From positions 2,895-66,894 of the forward strand of contig JAZRUV010000039.1 in the NCBI GenBank assembly GCA_045652705.1: DNA of 64,000 bases, written 5' to 3'. The DNA comes from Clostridia bacterium (GTDB lineage: Bacteria > Bacillota > Clostridia > TANB77 > CAG-465). A program made the position numbers and the translations under genes. Below are positions 17,732 to 23,973 of this stretch, piece after piece. The notes below the pieces were generated by a model. It was not told where the DNA came from and did not search any database. It saw only the letters and a program-made list of their open reading frames with translations. How positions within the stretch are numbered: the first letter of the stretch is position 1; each line of letters begins with the position of its first letter.

Positions 17732-18703
17732 TTATATAGCATCAATACTTCTGCCATTTGACTCTTGAACAATTTTGCCATCTAAATCTATTTGTTCTTT
17801 AACTAATCCCTGCAACGATGTAAGAAAATCATTTGATTTGTCTTCTTTTTTTCTTGTAAGCTCTCTAGCATTAATTATTGCTTTTTGTTCTGCCTCGTCA
17901 ACTATTTCAGAGAGGCTTTTGCCTGGATTTTCTCTTTTAGCTTTCATCGGATGCATTATCGCATTATATAAATTATCAAAGCTTTGTGATAATTCTTCAA
18001 ACTTTTCGTGACCAAAATATTGCAAATGTTCATCTGTTCCATTTAACTGAGCATTTCTAAGAGCTTTAACCATTTTTTCATTTTGAAGCAAAGCTTGTGC
18101 ACTTTCGTTAAACTTACCAAAATAACTACGAGATATATATTCTCTTCCAAGTATTCTTGACATTATTTTCGATTCATCATCGCAATTAATGGCTTCCTCT
18201 ATACCAGTATGAAATTCTTCTCCATTAGAATATTTGCCAGTTTGTCCATCTTTATCCATATTTGTTTTAGCAATGCCCTCTCTCTTTTTCAGTTTCCCTT
18301 TTTCAACTTGATATTTATTATTATATGACTTTACTAAATGCCCCATTTCATGTACTAAAGTTGCAAGCACTTTCTCGTCATTTAAATCAGTTGAGCACAT
18401 ATATATTAAGTCTTTCGAATAAAATTTTCCGTCTCTATCAATTGGCATACTTTCAGAAAAACCTACTATTGTTGCTGGTATTGCTTGTGCCTCCATATCT
18501 GGAAAATATTCCTGATAATAATTTCTAGCATTTTCTCCGTCCTTTTGTAAATGGATTTCACAATTTGAAATTGCATCTAAAATCGTTTTTTCGTGTTCTT
18601 TTCCAAAATGCTCAATGAATGCTGGGATTATCTTGTGTAATGTCTCCATTAAATCATCGCTATATTCATATTTTTCTTGTAAACCATTAAAATAATCTTC
18701 CAT
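17732..18703 (-). CDS. Hypothetical cytoplasmic protein with a zinc-metalloprotease HExxH motif
   Basis: 'LATLVHEMGHLVKS'. The ATG at 18703 is preferred (AGAAGG lies 7 nt upstream); the ORF could extend to 18751. Confidence 0.5.
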   Translation of the reverse strand: MEDYFNGLQEKYEYSDDLMETLHKIIPAFIEHFGKEHEKTILDAISNCEIHLQKDGENARNYYQEYFPDMEAQAIPATIVGFSESMPIDRDGKFYSKDLIYMCSTDLNDEKVLATLVHEMGHLVKSYNNKYQVEKGKLKKREGIAKTNMDKDGQTGKYSNGEEFHTGIEEAINCDDESKIMSRILGREYISRSYFGKFNESAQALLQNEKMVKALRNAQLNGTDEHLQYFGHEKFEELSQSFDNLYNAIMHPMKAKRENPGKSLSEIVDEAEQKAIINARELTRKKEDKSNDFLTSLQGLVKEQIDLDGKIVQESNGRSIDAI

Positions 18704-18855
18704 TTTAAAACCTTCTTTTAATACACATCTCTTTTTTAATAATTTTACCATAAAATTTTTATATGTCTAGCGTTTCAAAACAAATAAAAGTAATTGGGCA
18801 GTTTAAATACTACTCTTTTATTGTGCCTTAAATTGTAATAATAACAGCTGATTCT

Positions 18856-19235
18856 GTGTGAAATTGTGTAAAAAAGCATTGTTTTTATAAATTTTGTCCG
18901 ATTTTTGATGTTTCAACTGTTTATATAAGTGAAGGGGTAAATAATATAATTTATAAAAAATCAAATAAATTTTTAATATTTTGTCCGACTTTCACTGTTT
19001 CAATCGATAGGGAAGTGAAAGGGTATAAAACTAATTGTAACAAATAAAGAAAATTGTGTTATTTTTATAAATCTTTTAATTATTTATATGTATCAATGAC
19101 TGTTAAGTAATGAAGGGATAGAAAAATTGATACTAAAAACAAAGAAGATTATGTGAAATTTTGTAAAAAGGCATTATTTTTTATAATTTTGTCCGACTTT
19201 TAGTGTTTGAAGGATATATAGGAAGTGAAGGGGTA
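18856..19235. repeat. Four diverged tandem units (period about 85-115 bp) with conserved boxes TTTGTCCGAC and GTGAAGGGGTA
   Basis: Box 1 lies at 18893, 18980 and 19188. Box 2 lies at 18929, 19015, 19110 (degenerate) and 19225. Box 2 starts 35-37 nt after box 1 starts. The outer units 18856-18939 and 19151-19235 are about 80% identical. Confidence 0.7.
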
Positions 19236-19357
19236 CGAAATAAGCAAGGTAAAAAATATATAATTTTTAATTTTCACATTTGTTATTTTTAGTTATATTA
19301 AGTGGACAGATTATTTATATAACAAATCCTTTCAATTTAAGAAGAAGGAGGTATATT

Positions 19358-19546
19358 ATGCAAGACGAAAAGGTATGTATTAGCATTGAGGAAGCAAGAA
19401 AGATGTTAGGCATTGGAAGAAACTTAATGTTAGAACTAATTAAAGTGGATGGATTCCCTTGTATAAGATTTAAGCGAAAAGTAATTATTAATAAGCAAGA
19501 TCTTGAAAAGTGGATTCACGAAAATTACGGCAAATATTATTATTAA
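19358..19546 (+). CDS. Excisionase-family / MerR-like HTH DNA-binding protein
   Basis: SD AGGAGG is present. 'ISIEEARKMLGIGRNLMLELIKVDGFPCIRFKRKVIINKQDLEKWI' is the typical Xis-type HTH_17 pattern. It lies directly upstream of the integrase. Confidence 0.7.
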   Translation: MQDEKVCISIEEARKMLGIGRNLMLELIKVDGFPCIRFKRKVIINKQDLEKWIHENYGKYYY

Positions 19547-19642
19547 AGATTAGACTTTACATATAAAGAGATGTTATAATAACTATGATTTACCTTTCTA
19601 AACGCTAATTTAAACATTTTCTTTATATTAGGAGGGATTGTT

Positions 19643-20924
19643 ATGAAGAAGATGAAAGAAAGGGCTAAAAAGGGCACTATAAGCGTTAGAAAAAGAAATA
19701 ATGGTTATGAAGCAAGAATAACTTTAGATATTGATGGTATAAAAAACTATAGATTATCTAGGTTTAGTTCTGTTTCAGAAAAGGAGGCAAAAAGAAAACT
19801 TGGTGAAGCAATAGCTGAGGCTTACATTAGGGCATCACAAGGAAAGGGGTTAAATGAACAAGAAACAAATAGGACATGTTCTAAAAGTTTGAGAAAATTA
19901 AAAGAATATAACAATGAAGATATTACACAAGAAATTATTTCTAAAGCAAAAGAGTGTAATAAGTTTAACAAGGTTGCTTTTGACTGGTTGGAAAAAAGAA
20001 GACAAGAAACAATGCCTAATAGAGCAAAAAGATTAAGCAGTAAAACTTTTGAACAATATGTATATAATGTTAAGTCTAATTTAATACCTACGTTTGGAGA
20101 ATACTTAATAAATGAAATTACCAAAGATATGTTTCAAAATTATATAGATAATAGAAATGCACCTAAAATGGCAAGGGATAATTACATTACGATGAAACAA
20201 ATAATGGACTTTGCAAGAGGGCAAAATTTAATTAGTATTAATCCTATTGTAGATATTGTGTTACCACCAAAGAGAAGAAAAGTGATTAGTTATTTAACAT
20301 CTGAAGAACAAGTAAAGTGGTTAGATTGTGCCGAGCAAGATGGTAGAGATTGGGCACTCATCTTTGCTACCATAATTCAAACTGGTATGAGACCAGAAGA
20401 ACGGTTGCGGCTTGAAATGGAAGTGTGTAAATTTTAAAGATGAGACTATATGTGTAGAAAATGCATATAAAGAGATTCAAATATTTGATGAGAACTTTAA
20501 TGCTATTGGATATAAAAAGGCAGATAGTAGTCTTAAAACTAAAGAAAGTTATAGAATTATACCAATGTCGCCAAGGTTATTTAAAATGTTAATTAAGTTA
20601 AAAGAAAGCAAAAAAGAAAAGGCAAAAAGGAATAATGTAAGGTGGTCAGATGAGGAATATGTTTTTCTAAATGAAAACGGAGGACCTTATGTATCTGAAA
20701 GATTAACAAATAAAATACCAGCATTTATTAAAAAGTACAAATTGGGGAAAGTAACTTTATATGGTTTAAGGCATAGTTTTGCAACATTATGCAGTGAAAG
20801 AGGTGTACCTGATATTGTGTTAAAAGAACTAATGGGGCACTCTGACTCATCTACAACAAAGAAGTATTATATACATGTTACATTAACAAGAAAAAGAGAA
20901 GAAATTAATAAAATTTGGGGATAA
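19643..20924 (+). pseudogene. int: Tyrosine recombinase (phage-type integrase) interrupted by one frameshift near 20399-20412
   Basis: ORF 19643-20437 ends '...TGMRPEERLRLEMEVCKF*'. The +1 frame continues '(NGCG)LKWKCVNFKDETI...' through 'GLRHSFAT', 'GHSD' and 'KKYYIHV' (catalytic R, H-x-x-R, H, Y). Confidence 0.8.
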
Positions 20925-20960
20925 AAAATACAGCCTTCTGTAAACTAAAAGCTGTATAAG

Positions 20961-21037
20961 TGGTGCGGCAGAAGGGATTTGAACCCCCAACCGACGGATT
21001 CGTAGTCCGTTACTCTATCCAATTGAGCTACTGCCGC
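20961..21037 (-). tRNA. tRNA-Arg(ACG), complete, carried inside the island
   Basis: The reverse complement is GCGGCAGTAGCTCAATTGGATAGAGTAACGGACTACGAATCCGTCGGTTGGGGGTTCAAATCCCTTCTGCCGCACCA. It forms a full cloverleaf with anticodon loop CUACGAA and an encoded CCA. Confidence 0.9.
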
Positions 21038-21143
21038 ATATATTAAATTGTATTTTAGTTTTTTGGGGTAAAACTGGGGAATGAAAAATTCCCAGACCCT
21101 GAAAAACAGCATTATCAATAGGTATAAGGTTTTGAGCGTTCGT

Positions 21144-21152
21144 TTCGTAGTC
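21144..21152. repeat. att core copy (right), TTCGTAGTC
   Basis: It is identical to 8583-8591. Confidence 0.8.
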
Positions 21153-21182
21153 TGACGCTCTATCCAGTTGAGCTATTGGTGC
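21144..21182 (-). pseudogene. 5' half of the disrupted host tRNA-Arg(ACG); island attR side
   Basis: The reverse complement is GCACCAATAGCTCAACTGGATAGAGCGTCAGACTACGAA (acceptor, D-arm, anticodon stem and loop). tRNA structure stops after that point. Confidence 0.85.
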
Positions 21183-21193
21183 TTGCGAAAATT

Positions 21194-21222
21194 ATTATAC
21201 ACTACCAAAAGAAAAAAATCAA
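21194..21222 (-). promoter_or_regulatory. Promoter of the (now split) host tRNA-Arg(ACG): TTGATT - 17 nt - TATAAT
   Basis: On the minus strand the -35 is at 21222-21217 and the -10 at 21199-21194, about 12 nt upstream of the tRNA 5' end at 21182. Confidence 0.55.
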
Positions 21223-21229
21223 CGAAATA

Positions 21230-21258
21230 TTGAAAAAGAATTAAATCTTGTGTATAAT
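21230..21258 (+). promoter_or_regulatory. Promoter of tRNA-Arg(CCU): TTGAAA - 17 nt - TATAAT
   Basis: The -35 is at 21230-21235 and the -10 at 21253-21258. The tRNA starts at 21270. Confidence 0.55.
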
Positions 21259-21269
21259 TGAGATGCAAT

Positions 21270-21344
21270 GTCCCCTTAGTTAAATGGATATAATAAGCCC
21301 CTCCTAAGGGCTAGTTGTGGGTTCGATTCTCGCAGGGGGCACCA
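21270..21344 (+). tRNA. tRNA-Arg(CCU)
   Basis: GTCCCCTTAGTTAAATGGATATAATAAGCCCCTCCTAAGGGCTAGTTGTGGGTTCGATTCTCGCAGGGGGCACCA. The anticodon loop is CUCCUAA, the T-loop is GTTCGATTC, and CCA is encoded. Confidence 0.9.
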
Positions 21345-21367
21345 ATAATATATTTGGAGGTGTTTAT

Positions 21368-21676
21368 ATGAAAACTTTTAATAAACTGGTAAGAGATAGA
21401 ATTCCCGAGATAATCCGTACCAAGGGGGAAACGCCCCTAGTGAGAATTTTAGGTGATGAAGAATACGAAAATGAGCTTAGCAAAAAGCTGCAAGAAGAAG
21501 TTAATGAATATTTAGCGGATGGAAATATAGAAGAACTTGCAGATATTGAAGAAGTGTTAAGGGCTCTTGTTGCACTAAAAGGTGTGCCTTATGAAGATTT
21601 TGATAAGATGCGTGAGAAAAAGTGTGAACAAAGAGGAGCGTTTAAAGACAGAGTGTTCCTTGAGAGTACAAATTAA
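21368..21676 (+). CDS. MazG-like / phosphoribosyl-ATP pyrophosphohydrolase-like NTP pyrophosphatase
   Basis: SD GGAGG lies 7 nt upstream of the ATG at 21368. 'KLVRDRIPEII...EE..EYL......EELADIEEVL.AL' is the all-alpha NTP-PPase pattern. The ORF track start at 21317 lies inside the tRNA. Confidence 0.6.
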   Translation: MKTFNKLVRDRIPEIIRTKGETPLVRILGDEEYENELSKKLQEEVNEYLADGNIEELADIEEVLRALVALKGVPYEDFDKMREKKCEQRGAFKDRVFLESTN

Positions 21677-21802
21677 ATGTGAAGAAGCGTATGTGTGCCA
21701 TACGCTTCTTTTAAAACATATAGCCGTTTTAAAAAGTATAGCTACTGGTGTATAGTTATAATATATAAATATACGCACTAAGCGTTGGTTTTTGGAGGTA
21801 AT

Positions 21803-22123
21803 ATGTTATATATAGATTTAGGCAAAAAGATAAAAGAAGAAAGGCTAGAGAAAGGCTATACACAAGAGGAGTTGGGAGAAAAAATAGATAGTACAGGCGC
21901 ATATATAGGACAAATCGAAAGAGGTGAACGCAGTGCTAGTATGTCTAAAATCATATTAATTGCAGAAGCTTTAAATGTGAGCTTAGATTATTTAATTGGC
22001 AATTTTAGATTTGAACAAGCTTACGGTGTAGATAGTAAAATAGCAGAAGAGTTAAAAGACGCAACAAACAAGCAAAAAGAAATGATGATAGATATTATAA
22101 AAATAATAAAAAAATATAAATAA
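21803..22123 (+). CDS. XRE-family HTH transcriptional regulator
   Basis: SD GGAGG is present. 'LGKKIKEERLEKGYTQEELGEKIDSTGAYIGQIERGERSASMSKIILIAEALNVSLDYLI'. Confidence 0.8.
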   Translation: MLYIDLGKKIKEERLEKGYTQEELGEKIDSTGAYIGQIERGERSASMSKIILIAEALNVSLDYLIGNFRFEQAYGVDSKIAEELKDATNKQKEMMIDIIKIIKKYK

Positions 22124-22170
22124 TGTAATAAAAACTAATGTAGGCATAGTACAATGTATCGAGGTGTACT

Positions 22171-22746
22171 ATGTCTATAATTTGGTCTTATATGATAATA
22201 CTAGCTATAGTATTTACGTTTTTTGTAGGAAGTGCAGATAGTTTAATTGAACATATAACAAAAGCGTCTACTAATTCGATTGAAAATATAATGACTTTAG
22301 CAGGAACGTTGTGCTTTTGGACGGGGATTTTCAACATTTTAAAACATACTCCGGCTATAGATAAACTTTCAAGTTTTGTAAAACCAATTGTTAGTAAATT
22401 ATTTAAAAAAGATGAAATAGATGAAGAAATAATGCAGGATGTGGCGCTAAATGTTACTTCTAATGCTATAGGAGTAGGAAATGCAGCTACAGTGTTTGGT
22501 ATGAGTGCTACTAAAAAGATGCAAGCAAAAAATAAGAGTAAAGAAAAGGCAAATGATAGCATGACTGCGTTTATTCTTCTAAATACAGCATCTATACAGT
22601 TGATTCCCACAACAATAATCTCTTTAAGAGCAATTTATGGAAGTGACAATCCAGGAAGCATAATTATTGCGGTATGGATTGTAAGTGTTGCTGCTCTTGT
22701 AACGGGAATTTCTGCGATAAAAATACTAAATAAGGTGATAAAATAA
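22171..22746 (+). CDS. spmA: Spore maturation protein A (nucleoside-recognition domain membrane protein)
   Basis: The sequence and size are typical of SpmA. It is followed by an spmB-like gene with an ATGA-type overlap. Confidence 0.7.
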   Translation: MSIIWSYMIILAIVFTFFVGSADSLIEHITKASTNSIENIMTLAGTLCFWTGIFNILKHTPAIDKLSSFVKPIVSKLFKKDEIDEEIMQDVALNVTSNAIGVGNAATVFGMSATKKMQAKNKSKEKANDSMTAFILLNTASIQLIPTTIISLRAIYGSDNPGSIIIAVWIVSVAALVTGISAIKILNKVIK

Positions 22747-23267
22747 TGGTATATGTTTTTTCTGCTATAGTTCCAGCCTTTATATTAATAACAATAGTTT
22801 TGGGAATAAAAAACAAGTCGGATATTTTGAAACTGTTTACTGATGGCGTTTTGGAGGGATTAAAAACAACTCTTACCATATTTCCATATATACTTGCAAT
22901 AACAATTGCTATAACTCTTTTGCAGGATACAGGTGTGTTATCTTGGTTGATTAAACCGATACAAGGAATATTAGCTAAATTTGGAATACCAGAAAGTATT
23001 ATTCCATTAGCGCTATTCAGACCTCTTTCGGGTGGGGCTTCTACGTCGGTTGTAATGGATATATTTAAAAGATATGGCCCTGATTCTGTAGAAGGTAAAA
23101 CTGCGTCTATAATTATGGGGGGGACCGAAACGACGTTCTATGTCACTACAGTCTTATTCGGTGCGGCTAAAGTGAAGAAATTAAGAGGAACAATTATAGC
23201 TGCTATTATAGCAGATGTTGTGGCCGTTGTAACTGCAGTAATCTTAGTTAATGTAGGGGTTGTTTAA
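22746..23267 (+). CDS. spmB: Spore maturation protein B
   Basis: 'FTDGVLEGLKTTLTIFPYILAITIAI' and 'LFRPLSGGAS' are typical of SpmB, and it pairs with spmA. Confidence 0.7.
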   Translation: MVYVFSAIVPAFILITIVLGIKNKSDILKLFTDGVLEGLKTTLTIFPYILAITIAITLLQDTGVLSWLIKPIQGILAKFGIPESIIPLALFRPLSGGASTSVVMDIFKRYGPDSVEGKTASIIMGGTETTFYVTTVLFGAAKVKKLRGTIIAAIIADVVAVVTAVILVNVGVV

Positions 23268-23363
23268 GCGGGGAAAAAACAAGGTTGCTTTATGTTAAGT
23301 TGAGTGGTATAATTACAAAGGAGCTGTTATGCGCTTCTATTATAATTATTATGAGGAACATTA

Positions 23364-23585
23364 ATGAAAATTATTAAGCAAGGTCACGATGAGGACCGGA
23401 TGCAAGTAGTGTGCCAAAGCTGTGAGGCGGTTTTGGAAATAAGTTCTGCAGATATTCGTCATGAGAAGTCGCTTGATTCTGTATGGGGAATGTATTTTTA
23501 TGAATGCCCTTGTTGCAATGCGACCAGATATTTGAAGCGATATGAAATGACAAGAGGCGTAGAGACTAATCTTAGTTTTAAATAA
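23364..23585 (+). CDS. Small zinc-ribbon protein, unknown function
   Basis: Two CxxC pairs are present ('CQSCEA', 'CPCCNA'). Confidence 0.5.
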   Translation: MKIIKQGHDEDRMQVVCQSCEAVLEISSADIRHEKSLDSVWGMYFYECPCCNATRYLKRYEMTRGVETNLSFK

Positions 23586-23591
23586 ACAAAA

Positions 23592-23627
23592 AATAGGTTC
23601 TTCTAAATGTTAGAGGAACCTATTTTG
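23592..23627 (+). terminator. Rho-independent terminator
   Basis: ATAGGTTCTTCTA / TAGAGGAACCTAT stem followed by TTTG. Confidence 0.6.
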
Positions 23628-23659
23628 CGTAATTTGAGATATAAAAACAGTAAAATTTA

Positions 23660-23688
23660 TTGATTTTTTACATAAAATTTGGTATAAT
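23660..23688 (+). promoter_or_regulatory. Promoter P1 in the rpoB leader (TTGATT - 17 nt - TATAAT)
   Basis: The -35 is at 23660-23665 and the -10 at 23683-23688. Confidence 0.45.
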
Positions 23689-23742
23689 TAAAATGTAGTT
23701 TGAAAAAGTTGATAAAAACGGGTAAAAACTTAGGACAAAAAG

Positions 23743-23771
23743 TTGACAAGTAGGCATTCGTGTGATAAAAT
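23743..23771 (+). promoter_or_regulatory. Promoter P2 in the rpoB leader (TTGACA - 17 nt - TAAAAT)
   Basis: The -35 is at 23743-23748 and the -10 at 23766-23771. Confidence 0.5.
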
Positions 23772-23973
23772 ATACGAAATGTTTATCGTAACATTCGAAA
23801 AACTATGTAAACTAAAATGTTTAAGGATGGTACAATTGTTGAAAAAAGAAGTTCGTAAAGCATAAAATTAAATATATAAAATCAAGTTGATTTTGGATAA
23901 GAAAAATCAATTTGGTTTTTTGTTGTCTTATCGAACTTTTTATGTAAATAGAATATGTTTAGGGGGAATTTAC

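Larger units (their letters stand above)
8583..21152. mobile_element. Integrated genomic island (about 12.55 kb) in tRNA-Arg(ACG), with xis and a frameshifted tyrosine integrase; no phage structural or conjugation genes seen
   Basis: It is bounded by a 9-bp direct repeat TTCGTAGTC at 8583-8591 and 21144-21152, inside the two halves of one tRNA gene. The integrase and excisionase lie at the right end. Confidence 0.85.

Noticed and set aside
18856-19235. Possible CRISPR array
   Set aside because: The repeats are imperfect (about 80% identity), the period is irregular (85-115 bp), the conserved parts are two short boxes rather than a 25-40-bp repeat, and no cas genes are present in the window.
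8583-21152. Island interpreted as a prophage or a conjugative element
   Set aside because: I saw no terminase, portal, capsid, tail or lysis genes, and no relaxase, coupling protein or VirB4 within the island boundaries. Only int, xis, a putative replication HTH and cargo genes are present. It is better described as a small integrative island of unknown mobility.
21317-21367. ORF-track start at 21317 for the MazG-like gene
   Set aside because: That extension overlaps the 3' part of tRNA-Arg(CCU). A GGAGG-ATG start exists at 21368.
23887-23973. N-terminal 29-codon extension of rpoB
   Set aside because: The extension has no similarity to RpoB N-termini and no SD, whereas the GTG at 23974 follows AGGGGGA and gives a conventional N-terminus.
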